From Camelus ferus (taxonomy: Eukaryota), in assembly GCF_009834535.1 (NCBI RefSeq), contig NC_045697.1:22880001-22944000 (forward strand): a DNA stretch of 64,000 nt, in the 5' to 3' direction. Both the position numbers and the translations under genes were made by a program. Each line of letters begins with the position of its first letter. Position 1 is the stretch's first letter. Below the pieces are notes generated by a model, which was given only the letters and a program-made list of their open reading frames with translations, made no database searches and was not told where the DNA came from. This document shows positions 28,120 through 41,054 of the stretch, in pieces.

Positions 28120-29043
28120 TTTGGTAATAAACTTTCTAGAACTCTTGGGAGCATATGACATAGTTAATGATCCTCAAAACATCTTGAAACACTTTTATCT
28201 TGCAGTTTCTGGGACACTGAGTATTCCAGACATTCCCTCTGACAGGCTGAGTTTTTCTTTGTTGAATCCACTCAGGGGCAGTTTTTGCTTCTCTTTTCTT
28301 CTTTCTATTATTCTCTTCCTTGGTGATCTATTTCCTTTGCTTTAAATCTGATTTAAATATTGACTCACAAATGTATAGCTCATGTGTGATTCCACTTCTC
28401 TGATAGGCTGCAGACACCTTGATCTAACTGCTCTCTTCTCAATTCACTCTTAATGCCTTCCGCTTGGTTTTCCATAGAGTAATAGCCTAATTGTTTATAA
28501 GGTATTCATCACATTTTATAACTCCAGTCCTTTAAAACCTTCAGTAACTTCTTACTGCAACCCAAATGAAGCCCAGGTTTGAAGATGACTTTTCTGACCT
28601 TGTAGTTGCCCTTACTTTCCTCTCTGAATTCATTCTTTACCAGCCCCTCCCTCCCCTTCACCAGGTCCATCCACACCATCTTTATTATAGTCCATAGAAA
28701 ATAACCAGTTCTTTCCCACGTCAGATTATTCTTATATGCTGTCCCCTCTGCCTTAAATTTTCTTTCTCTTACTCTTTTTACAATATAAAAGTCAAAATTT
28801 AAGTTAAACTATCCTTCACCGCTTTAAAGCAGATTTTTTTTCTATTCACAAGCTATTCGCTACCTTTGTTTCATATACTACAACTTTTAATTGTCCAGGT
28901 GTTAATTCCTGGTTTCCCCATTAGGCTGTAATCTAGGGTTTAAGAAAGCAAGCACTCTGTCTAGATCTTTGTTCCCGAATGCTTGTCTCAATGCCTGCTG
29001 GATAATGAGCACATAATCAATGTTAGTCCAATGAGTGAATGAT
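28120..29043 (+). mobile_element. L2 LINE 3' portion
   Basis: Pyrimidine-rich L2 motifs (tgctgtcccctctgcc, tttccccattaggctgtaa) ending in an aatgagtgaatga tail. Confidence 0.65.
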
Positions 29044-29487
29044 ATGAGGGCTACAATCAAAAAGAGCTGAAATCGAAGAGTGTCAGACAGACTTCTTTTG
29101 CTGGCAATAATATGGAGCTGGGCCACTTGATTTCTTGAATAAGAATTCAACCAATGTCTCCACAATAAGAGATCTTAGAGAAGGATTAGATATTTAAAGG
29201 AAGGCTAAACACTACCATAATTTAATTATTGATTTATTCTCAAATATTTATAGACCATCTACTCTGATGTACTAGAGATATAACTATAAATACAACAAAG
29301 ATCCTGTCCTCAATTTAGTATAAAACCCACTAGAGTTAGCACTTACTTAAACAGTGCATTGTAAAGTTGATATTGAACGTGTTTTTACAAGCCCACTGAG
29401 AAGCACATAAATTTTTCTGACCCATATAGATGAAAGGACCCAGGGAAGGAAATTCAAAAGAGACAGTAGGTGTATCTGATGATGTAA

Positions 29488-29680
29488 CAGGGAAAATACT
29501 GCTATAATATTTGTCAGAGAATGTTTTGCCTATGTTCTCTTCTAGGAGTTTTATGGTGTCAAGTCTTACATTTAAGTCTTTAAGCCATTTCGAGTTTATT
29601 TTTGTGTGTAGTGTGAGGGGGTGTTCTAACTTCATTGATTTACACGCAGCCATCCAGCCTTCCCAACACAACTTGCTGAA
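29488..29680 (-). mobile_element. L1 ORF2 fragment (inverted 5' part of the 30-kb L1)
   Basis: Translation [52 protein letters not shown] matches L1 ORF2p downstream of the RT domain. Confidence 0.92.
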
Positions 29681-29787
29681 TTGTTCTTTTGTCTTTCATT
29701 TCTTACTACACAAAATAGGTTTCCTAATAAACTAGTCTACTTAGCTTTGGTTCAGTGTCTGCTTCTGGGAGAACCCCAGGTAAATTA
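29681..29787 (+). mobile_element. LTR33-like ERVL LTR, 3' part
   Basis: cctAATAAActag...ctttggttcagtgtctgcttctgggagaacccc resembles the LTR33 3' terminus. Confidence 0.65.
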
Positions 29788-29958
29788 GTGGATGCGTCTT
29801 ATTAGAGTAAGAGTATTTATTTCTAGGTGATGACTTTTTCTTAACTAGCACTCTATCTGGAGGTTCTCTATACCTGAAAAGCTATATATAGCATTGGTTT
29901 TTATTTGTCTTACTTTTAATGATTATACAGCATTAAGCTGAGCAGCTTTGCCCACCTT

Positions 29959-30675
29959 ACAGTATGGAGATTTCTTAAACTAAAAATAGACTTACCATAT
30001 GATCCAGCAATACCACTCCTGGGCCTATATCCAGAAAAGAGGAAAACTCTAATTTGAAAAGGTACACATGCAACCCAGTGTTCATAGCAACACTGTTTAC
30101 AATAGTCAAAACGTGGAAGCAACCTAAGTGTCTGTCGACAGATGAATGAGTAAAGAAGATGTAGTATACACACACACACACACACACATATATGTATATA
30201 TACACAATGGAATACTACTCAACCATAAAAAGAATGAAATATTGCCATTTGCAGCAACATGTTTGGACCTAGAGATTATCATACTAATAAGTAAATTAAG
30301 CCAGACAAAAATAGACAAATATATCACTTATATGTGGAATCTGAAAAATAATACAAATGAACTTATTTACAAAGCAGAAACAGACTCACAGATATAGAAA
30401 GCAAACTTATGGTCACCAAAGGGGAAAGTGGGGGAAGGGATAAATTAGATATATGAGGTTAACAGATACACGTCACTACATATAAAAATATATAAACAAC
30501 AAGGGTTTACTGTATAGCACAGGGAGCTATATCCAATTTCTTGTAATAACCTATAATGGAAAAGAATTTTTAAAAGAATACATATATATGTAAATATCAC
30601 TGAATCGCTTTGCTGTATATTAAAATTAACACAATATTGTAAATCAACTATAATTCAATTTAAAAAAAAAAAAAA
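29959..30675 (+). mobile_element. L1 3' end (ORF2 C-terminus, 3' UTR, poly-A), cetartiodactyl type
   Basis: ccatatgatccagcaataccactcctggg (PYDPAIPLLG), gccatttgcagcaacatg, gtatagcacaggg, aacctataatggaaaagaa, A14 tail at 30662-30675; internal (CA)n; frameshifts and stops. Confidence 0.95.
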
Positions 30676-30974
30676 GAACCAACACACAATATGCGAGGAA
30701 TTACTGTCGGCCACCTGCAGGTGCCCATTGCTCAATCTCACAGAAAGTTTTGAAAAGTGTAATGCATCCCAAAACTCTGCCCAGGGGACAGCAGAGGGAA
30801 GCATGTACCTTGGCTTCTGTTCCCCACTGGTCAAAGGTTAACGCCACTGCACTTGTGGGGGTGCACGTGCTAGAGCACTAGAGGACGTTCCACGTGGCAG
30901 CATTAGAGCAGTTGCCCAAGACAGGAGGTGAGAGGGACTGGGTGCTGGTAAGGGACAGCCAAGTGTCAGCTACA
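30676..30974 (-). mobile_element. LTR33-like ERVL LTR, 5' part
   Basis: Reverse complement starts TGTAGCTGACAC and contains aagtgcagtggcgttaacctttgaccagtgggg and ttttgggatgcatt. Confidence 0.7.
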
Positions 30975-33349
30975 CACAGCTCCTCAAAGCTGTTCAAAAT
31001 GGTTGCTAGAGTGGTGATCAATAAGAGCTCTCCTGTGCTCCCACATACATTCTTAAAAGATGATTTTAAGAGGCCTCTTTATTTCCATACTAGTTGGATG
31101 TCTAGTAGAAATTACACAGAAAAGACAACTTTGTGACAGTGTTTCACTTCTCATCAATTGCTGACACCACTTCATATACTCACAAGTTCTGTGTGGTAAG
31201 TCTACCCTGTCACACCAATCTGGATACAGATTGCAACTTGTGGGCAAGGTGAGATGCATGCTGTCTCCTCCCAGCTCAGGACTAACCTTAGCCTCACCAA
31301 AGGGTTTTGGCTGGAAAATAGTTGTGTCCCTGAAGCGCGTTTCTGGCGTTGACTCTGCCCCAAGAGAGGATGCTTCTGCCAGGACCTAAGCACTTCTGTT
31401 TCTCTCCTCTTTCCCCTAATGCATTTTCATCTTAAACTTCTTTGCAGGAATCATCAACACGTCTGCTAGTCAGTGTTTAAGAAAATGTTTGTCAAGATCT
31501 CTAAAGTTATTACTTTTTTTTTCCCTTTCCGTTTGGAAGAAAAAAATGACAGTTTTTCAGAATACGAGAAAGAGAGGGTATTCATGTGGAAGGGTAATTC
31601 CTGTGAGAGCGGATGAGACTAATCTTCCTTGAATGCTCATGACTCCTTATAACAAGGACTGAAACCGTTCTCTTTTCAAATGGATTTCTCTAATTGAAAT
31701 AGCCTATTCAGTTGAACGGCAATTGTGATGTCTGTAACTTTCTTGATTTTCAAGCTTATAGTGAGCCCCATTTATTCTTTGAAATATTATTTCCTCATTG
31801 CATGTTAGGGAGAGAGAGAGAGAGGAACACTGCAATACAGATTCAGTGAAAGAAAAATAAATTCACCTCCATTGTTTACAGATTGAAAATAAAATTGAAC
31901 AGTAGATGGTCGTATTATATATTTTTATTTTCAGTATCAACCGCAGAATATCTGGATTTGCAATGCTGCTGCATCTACAGAAAATATAATAGCAATAGTG
32001 AAAAAAATAAGAACTGTCATTTTCCTGCTATCTGTAAAGCATGCCAAATCAGAGGGCAGCTGCCAGAATTTATCCTTCTTTAAGACTATTCCACTTGTTA
32101 AAGAAATTCATAAAACTGGTTACATCCAGTGCACTGAATGCTGCGCTGCTCATGTCATTTGAGAGATTGTGCAAAACAGCAGCAAGCAGATTTTGCACTT
32201 GACTCCCATTTCACTACTGCCAAACCATCAGTTGTGTGTTATTTATAGCTTTTAATGCAATAGATTTAAAGCAGTGCGATTCTAGTTATTTCTGGAGCTC
32301 ATGCCTTATTTGGTATAACACTCTATTTTTTTTTTCTCTCCCTCCCTTTTTCTATTCCTCAGAAAGGATCAAAAGCACAACAAGTGTATTCAAAGAAGAG
32401 CTTTTTGAATGTCTCACCTTAAAACCTTGGTACTCCCACAGTGGATAACCTCCGATTTCACTTCACTGCCATGGTAGCAAAAAATGAGTCTTTTTACAGT
32501 CTTCAAAGGAATTCTAACAGCCCTCTTTTTAACTTTGATTCTTTGTATTCCTACTTGGTTTTAGAGTAAAGGAAGAGCAGAAATCCTCTTATATTCTGCA
32601 GAAAGCCCATACGAGAGATTACAAGAAAATTTAGTAAGTTGAATACTGTATTTTGATAAATAAAAGGGATTACATTTTTTCTAATAGAGATACTTAATTA
32701 TTCCATACATAAATTTTCTTTTAAAAACCTTATCTTTTCATGAGAATTCATCCATAAAATTTTAAAAATTGAATATGGGGCATATTAAGTGCCAGAAAAT
32801 TCTTCTAAACTGCAAGTCTGTGCAGCCACCACCATATCTCACACAAGCGTACAACATTTAGGGAAGTGACTGCCTTTGCTCCCTCTGTGCCACCAAGTCT
32901 GTTCTTGGATACCTCCATCCCGCCTTCATCAGTCAGTTCTCTTTAGAGCCAAATAGATGTAACACTAACCTAAATTAGTTCACTATCACTGTAAAGGAAT
33001 ACTTTGAATACACATGCCTGAACAAAGCAACCCAACATAATTAAATAACTTTGGAACCAAAGTAAATTTTGTTTTAGATATGAGTTGTCCACCCTTTTGC
33101 AAGCATATGACCCGATCAATTTTTTCTTATTCTTTAAATCTTGCATGTTCAAGGGCTCAATGTTGTATCAACAATAAAAATTAAAACAACCTTTTTGAAT
33201 TTTTACTGTGTGCCTAGCATTGTTATAACTAGATTAAATACAAAATTATTTATAATAGATTAAGTGTACAACTTGCAGGTTTTTACCTATGTATTAATGC
33301 TCCAAATCCACTCATGAAGATGAATAATTCTGTGCAGCTACCTCTTACA

Positions 33350-33605
33350 TTTATGGTGAAAGTTTGGGAATCAGTAAATCTGAGTTAATATTTTGAATCT
33401 CCAATTCGCTAGACAAATTTCCCTGAGCACACTTCTTGAACTCTCTGAATCTGTTCTTTCATTTGCAGCATGTAGATGTGGGAGTATGTGGCTGTTACTA
33501 TCTTCACAGACTAGTTGCAGAATTAGGTGAATGAACATATTTAATGCCCTCGGTATAGTGCTTACTATTTAGTAAGCAGTTCCTAATGGAAAGTGACTAC
33601 TAATG
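33350..33605 (+). mobile_element. MIR SINE
   Basis: cttgaactctctgaatctgttctttcatttg core and tagtaagcagttcctaatggaaagtgactacta tail. Confidence 0.7.
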
Positions 33606-33704
33606 CTTGTTTCCACTCATTGTTTCACTTGTTCATTCATTATTTCAGGATGCTGTAATTTTCAATTTAAAAGATACTGCCTTTCTGCCAATCTAACATG
33701 TTTG

Positions 33705-33706
<2 letters not shown>

Positions 33707-33764
<58 letters not shown>
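33707..33764. repeat. Perfect (AT)29 microsatellite
   Basis: 58 uninterrupted alternating A/T bases. Confidence 0.97.
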
Positions 33765-33770
<6 letters not shown>

Positions 33771-36321
33771 TTTTGAAATACTTGTAATTCAAGAGGGAAA
33801 AATCATGCACATTTTCAGTGGTTATTTGATGGCAGTGTTTAATTAAGCTCTTTGCGGTCTGGTAGTGGGAATAATGTCTACTGCTAGTCCCTTCTGCTTT
33901 CTATAAGGTCACTACCTTTGAGTCTTCAATGTCTTCTAGTATTTTTTTTTCTCAACTCACTATTTACTTTTATCCCCCTTCATGTAACTATATATAGTCA
34001 TTCATGAAAAAAGCCACCTTATTCCTTCTGCTTATTTTTAACTGATATTTTTTTGAAGTGAGTGTCATTTTTATGCCCCCAAACATATGTATTCTAGAAT
34101 TCAAATTTTAAACATTTGAGCTGAAATTATAATATTAGGAATAATTTTTGTATAAGTATTATAGATGCTTCTGCAGGAAGTCACTCATGTTTGCAGGAAT
34201 CACTGAAGAGTCACCAATTTGGCAACTGACTTAGAATTTCACATCCTAAAATATACAGAGTATTTAAGTACTGCCACCTATTTTGTTCATTAAAAAATTA
34301 AAAGCTAATACTTTTTACATAGCTCAAATATTTTGAGTAGGATTGTTATTTCAATATATTTTGGAATGGGATGTAAAATAATTGTTTATTCACTCACAGA
34401 AAAGAATTGGAGGCCAACTGAAAACACAGCTTCACAAAATTGCAGGGCTGAAAAATTTTGTTGGAACTTATTAAAACTAGACCATAGATTGGAGGCTAGA
34501 TTTTATGCTGAGGCAGGACAGGTGTGTAAACTCATTAATACTGACTCTGTTATGGATGCTGGTTCCACAACTGTGACATGGAAAAGCATTTTCTACCTCT
34601 TTTTTATTGTCAAAATTCATGAGATAATATATAGAAAAGATACATAAAAGTAATAAATAGAATATGTTTTTCTTGTTCAGTAGTTGAGAATTTTCAGCTA
34701 CAGGTTTATAAAGCGTAGCGCAACATTTTAGTGACTTCATTAATTAGTTGCATGTAGTAAACTATTCAATTTTTCTTCCTTTTAACTTCATTGTTATGCT
34801 TGCCAGAAAATAAGTTACTTACTTTTTATTACTGTACATTTCGTAGATATCTTTCTATTTCCTAATTTGGGTGTTTTTAATTCTATGCTAAAAAATCAAA
34901 CAAATACTTAATGGTCAAGCTAAAATATATTACCTTCATGAATGTACTTGATTGACTTTTATCCCTCAGTCAATTTCAATACTAATTCAAATTAATGAAT
35001 GTGCTTATCAAATCTTTTGAGAGACTCTTGAAGTCCTGAAATTCCATGTTTGAAAATCTTATGAGATTTTCCACATAGAATAGTTAACACACACCAACAT
35101 TCTGCCTTATAATTTTAAAACTGTTAAGTTTGAAATGAACAATTTCCTTGTTAGAATAAAATTATTCTTTGACTGCAGAAAGAGGTTCTAAAAAAAACCA
35201 CTTATAATATAAAGCAAAATGAAATAGGAATTATTGTTGCTACTCTAACAAAAATGCAATGAGAATCAAAAGAAAAGTGATGAGTTATTTTGGCCAAGAA
35301 AAATGGCATGTGAGTTGGACCTAAAGATGGGAAACAACAGTAACCAAGCAGTAAATAAGAAAACTCCCAGAGTAGAAGGGGTAGAAATTCTCTGGTTGTG
35401 TTAAGAGTTTGCTAAGTCATAGCACACTAGCTATTCCCACCTGTTGGAGCTGGATTGCAATAAAAGTTTAGGTTTATCATACAGACTATAGTCTATACAA
35501 AAAAAAAACCCAATGTTTGTATAGGAGAGTGGTATTTTTGGTATTATGCTTTATAAGTTAGATGGAGCAAGAGTGAGTAAGAAATACAGGCATGAGAAGA
35601 AATGGAAAGAAAAAAAGGAACAATGAAGGCACTCCTTAATAAACAATAATGAATTATTTGGCAAAATAATTAATGAAAAGTGTGAAAGAAGGACGATGCT
35701 GTTGGTACCCTGAGAACTAAGGTGTAACTTGTGGCCATAAGATTGCATCCTATAAAAAGTAGTTTTATAATTTACTTTGTTTCTTAGTCTTGGCTTCCTT
35801 TAAAGGTAAGTTGCACTTGACCCTGTTGAAGGTACTTCATCCATGCATACGGGTCACATCAGTGTGCCTGCCTCAGACGACAAGCCTTAGCAACACATAT
35901 TTCATCTTTAGGATTTATATTTTGGTGCCTTATATTTGTGCCCATCTGTTTCATGGCGTGCTGCCTACGCAGGGGTTGGTAGGACCCCTGGCAGCAGTGG
36001 CAACAGCCCGAGGTGCCAGGTAACACTAAGCTTAAGGAAGGCGTCTTGCAGAATTTTCCTAGGACATCTGTGAAATTGGAAGGGTGCGGAGAAGTCTCTT
36101 TCCTGAAAGACTTACACGTTGGCTCTACATGTCTCTGTACATTTTGTGACACCTGTTCATGCTTGTGTGCCAAATGATTTAAGAAAAAAATGGTAATTAT
36201 TCTCAATTTATTATGGTTCTCTCTAAATATTCAGATATATGATCAGTGCTAAAGTCACATGGTGAACCAAACAGTCCACATAGGTTACATACTTTCTGTA
36301 TCTTATATCTTATATATCCTC

Positions 36322-36336
36322 TGTGTGTGTGTGTGT
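36322..36336. repeat. Short (TG)n
   Basis: Read directly. Confidence 0.85.
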
Positions 36337-39300
36337 ATATCTCAAAAATTTTCTCTTATCTATCTTACATCTTATGTGTGTTTTGTACACCAACCCTTGG
36401 CAAAAGGCATAAACTTCAGGACAAAAAAATTGAGATACAGATGTATTCACAATTTCCAGAAGATAGTTTCATCATAAATTAATGAGAATGAATAAATGAG
36501 AATGAATTTCCCATAGTGAAATTTCACAAATGACAAGTAGATTAATAGTATTACTCCTTTTTTTAAAGAGTCTAATAGTACCTCTTCTTAGATCTCAATA
36601 TTTTTCCATCATCTGAAATTAAGACAAAGGCTGACTGCTAAAAAAATCTTTTAAAAATTCATTTCTTTTATTATTACAATTAGATCTTATTTGGGGCAAT
36701 TTGGTCATAGTACCCCCTTGAAAAATGCATTCCTCATTGGTTGCTCATGCTTTTGTTCATATGTTTACTTTTATTTTACCAAAGCTGTTACTGTTGAAAA
36801 CCTCAGTGAATATTTAAGAAAAAAATAAATAAATGGGCAGATACTAATTGTCATTTTTTTCTCTTTCCAGTTAAATCAAATGTTCTTAGAAATGTCCAGC
36901 TCATGTTCTCACTAAATGTTCCGTATTTTCTTCAAGCTAGCCCATGTTGCCTAAGCCGTCCTATTTTACAACTATTTTAATTAAAAATGATTCTCTCTTT
37001 TAATCCATAGGTGACAACTGGATGCAAAATGATGGATTTCATAACTTTTGAAAGATATATAGCACCCTTCTTTTTCAAACAAAGTGATAGATGATAACCT
37101 CAATTTAACATTTAACATTTTTCTCTTTCAGTTTAATGTACTTCCTTAAAGATAGGCAAGAAATTGGTTTCTTTATACTCAGTGATGCATATAGATACAC
37201 ATAGACAATAACTGCTAAATAATTATTATACTAAAAAATCCCTTATCACCTTGTCAATCTTTAACTTTTTAATTTAAATTAACTTCAATGCTCAAAATAA
37301 ACCTCGATTCATACTAAATCCAAAATTTACCATATAATCTATACTGAACTGCTTTCAGGTAATGTGTGAGAGCATTGCTTTAGGATATCAGATAACTGAT
37401 CCCATATGTACCAAATTTAACTATCATGTAAATTATTTATTTCAAAGATGCTTTTGTCTTGCATTAGATGTTTCACTCACAAGCACTTTTGTCATTTTAT
37501 CTAATTTCATTACTGGTCTCCTTTTCTTTGGTAACATGCCATAACCTTAGATAGCAACCAACAAAATAGTGGAGATGAGTGTACTTTGGGTGGAGTGTTT
37601 TGGTGTAAAACAGCCTTGCTTCAAGGGAAACAAAATTTTTCTCATGAAAGATAAATGATTTTGATTTATAACCAAATGCCTGTTCAATGATACCTTCAGT
37701 TAAACACTTTCTAGGTTCAATTTATTTTATCTGAACCATTTCCTCTCTGACAAACCCAGACCAAAGTACTTAAACCACCTAATCGTCTTGTCATGAGACA
37801 TTTAAGGTAAGTTTCTCAACCTACACTTCAAACTTACTTCCCATCTCTCTTCTTAAAAGAATGATAACCACAGTAGTGCTGGTAGCATCTTGACATACTA
37901 ACTCATATCACATTTCTGAATTATGTATCTTCATGTGGTAAAAGCTATTTTTAATAAGGGATCCACCAATTTGAAACACATATGTTCTCAAAGCTGAAAA
38001 CAAGCTTGCTTTATCTTTGCTTCAAGTCACACTCCAGGCACAGCTTGGAAAATTTCTGGTGTTCTAATGAGGACTTAAAATTTCACGTTCTCCAATGCTG
38101 GTGCTGAAGAGTAAGCACCTTGACTACCCGATCAAAACCTATTTAGATGATGCCCAAAAGCAACTTCCATTTCAGACTGAGACTGGGTTTCGAACTGCCC
38201 ATTTTGAAGTGATCTGATGGGTAAAGTGCCTCCAAGAACCACATGATTCTCAGTAGTCACAGTTAGCTTTACAGTGTTAATACTTAACATTAATGATGTT
38301 TTTATATCTACTATTTTCATGCAGTAAACAATGAGCTTTCCAAAATTGTCTAATATATTTATGAATTCTTTCTCTCATTCACACATCTAATCTTTCAAAT
38401 AACATTCAGCATTTTTGTCCTAGGGACCAAAGCAGGTACTGAGAAGAAAGAGATAGTAAGAAATTAGTTACTAAGGCATATCTCCTGCTTTAACAAAAAT
38501 AAATTAAAATGCACAGATCAGATATTTTTATACAACTTATTACATGTTCTTAGTCATCATCGTTCAGAAATATAGAACAGAGGTGATCATATGCTCAGCT
38601 GCATTTTTGCCTAACAAACATAGACCATTCTTCAGAAAAAAAAAAAAAAACATTGGTTTTCTAGAGATTGTTAGGTAAAATAGAAAAAAGAAAATTAAAT
38701 AAATTACATTTCATTATGATATCAAAAGCTTAAAGACTGCCCTTTAAAAATGAATGTAAATGAAATATGTAAGTATTTTGTATTTGTTGAAAGCATCCAA
38801 ATGTTATCTAAGAGATTATAAAACTTCCCAGGAAAAAAAACTTGTAAATCAAGGAACTTCTTAATCATTACATCATTTGAACTAATTTAAGCTGTTACAT
38901 CTATGAGAATAATAAAGTACGGCACAAAGGGAAAAAAAGTTTGAAGAGTAACTAGGAAAAGGGTTTTACTAATTTCAAACCATTTTTTAAAAGATTTTAG
39001 TGATATTTCTATAACTTAAATTTAAATTGTTATGTGATATGTAATACACAGCAAAATAAGTTGAATTAATAATGCATTTTAAACCATATGGTTTAATCTA
39101 TTACTAAATATTTTGCATTTATTTGCATATATTCTGTTAAGTGAGATCCAACCCAAAGTATATAAAATAGCCTTTAGATGTCATTTCCATGCGTTAAGTA
39201 TATGTAATTACTGATACATAATATGTATTTAAAAAAGTATTTGTGAGGAAAAGAGAGCTAAGTAAACACTAGCAAAATAAACAGAATATACTAAACCTTC

Positions 39301-40639
39301 TAAATGTATTTTTACCATCTCTACTTATAAAAAAATAGAAAATTTTGAAAATCTTAATAGTGTCAATTAAAAGAATAAACGTTCACCACATTACATTTTC
39401 AAAAGTAGTGAGGAAATGCTGGATTAAGCCTTGGGGAACAAAATATATTACAGGCATGAAAAATGTTTCATTTCTGATGCTGTTTTCAAATGACAGCATA
39501 ATATGTTATGGATCATTTGATTTTTTTGTATGAAAATGCTATTCAGCACCCAAAAAGGCATATGCTGCTAACGGCATGTGTTGCAGTCCTTTTTATGACA
39601 GCTGGCAACAAGAAAATGCCAGTCAAAACACAAAATGTCAAGCAGAAATTTTCCCAATAAAAGTAGCAGTTTGTGAAAATCATTCCTAAATAAGCTTCAT
39701 TAAATGGCTTTCATTAATTCCAAACAGCATTAATCAAAAGTAGTTTTAAATAATTGGAAAATTATAACCTAGAAAGGCAGGAGCTCTGAAAAAACTAACC
39801 AGTTTCTCATTATTTCTTATGAGACTAGGTTTGCTCCTTCTCATCAACTCCCAGAAGCTGATGTAAAAAAGCCCTATTTAAATATGCAAAATTGTGAGAA
39901 TTCAACCCTCTGAAACCTCTTCAGTAAACACAGATTAGCAATGATAACAATTCTACATCCTGTTTAATTTCTTTTTACATTGTCAAAAATATGTGGCTTT
40001 AAGCTTATTTTGTCAGTCATGTAGATATTTTTAAAGTAAATGTTTTTTTACTTATTTATCTTTGCTGAATTGTTTGGCCTTATTAAGCCAAGTTTCTTTT
40101 TTTACTTCACAAACTGGTCCATGTTAATTTATGAAGATTAATGGCTTCTTTGGAGTTTTACAGTTTATTAGAGCCATGGCAGCAAAGAATTCCACCTGGA
40201 AAGTGAGATTATTGCTACTTTTTGCTTCTACCTCAGCACATTTTTTTTTTCTTAACTCATTTAATTAAAAAGAACAGGGGAATTTAAAAAGAAAACACTA
40301 AAATGAGCCAAGAAATAATAATACAACATTAGCTCACCAAGAAAGCATATTTCCTAGTTATCATTATCTTCTCCAGTGAGGGGAAAAATATTCCTTTAAA
40401 GGTTTTGAGCCCTTTTGCAAAGAAAGCTAAATGCAACTTGTGGGATACCTTATTCCGGTGGCCCTGAGCTTATTACAGATTTAGTTAAATATAGATTTAT
40501 TCTCCCCATGTCTCTCTCTACTTATGTGTGTGCTTTGGCTTATATAGGCAAATAATTTTATATATAAATAAATTTTATTTCTACATTATATATTTTTATA
40601 TAATGTCATTTATATGCTAAAATTAGCATATAATCCATA

Positions 40640-41054
40640 TGTTAGGTATTTAGATAAGTGGGGGCACCAGGCAGATAGGTGGAGGAGAGGGAGGATGGTC
40701 TGGAAGATGGTGCTATGCCCACCTCCAGCATAAAAGGGCTTTACTTCCTCTAAACGAGTGCCAGAGAGAAGCAGGTCAGAACCGGACAGCCGCAACTGCA
40801 TGATAGTGAGAAGGACCTAACGGGACATGACCCAGTGCTCACGGTAATGCAATTCACATTGCGGTTTAGGCCCTCCCGTGGGTTTTTCTGTGTATATCAT
40901 GGGTAAGGACAAGCGCAAAGGGGACACGCATGACTAAGCATTTCAGGGGCAGGAGCTGTCAGTCAATCAAGATACCACCTCAAAGCAATAGTATAAGAGA
41001 AGGGGCAAACAAAGACCACTGATAAATAAATCCTTTACAATCTTTCACTACACA
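40640..41054 (+). mobile_element. Putative solo LTR, family not recognised
   Basis: Sharp GC/CpG-richer block with TG...CA ends, TATAAG near 40992, AATAAA near 41025, flanks ccata/acata. Confidence 0.65.

Noticed and set aside
29488..30675. Classical L1 twin-priming 5' inversion
   Set aside because: About 280 bp of non-L1 DNA, including the inverted TSD and part of the host LTR, lies between the two L1 pieces
33800..40600. Apparently transposon-free 6.8-kb region
   Set aside because: Faint L2-like fragments are visible near 35300-35450 and 38370-38470, and very old repeats cannot be excluded by eye
40583..40606. 10-bp perfect stem acattatata/tatataatgt
   Set aside because: Lies in an AT-only low-complexity tract where such stems arise by chance
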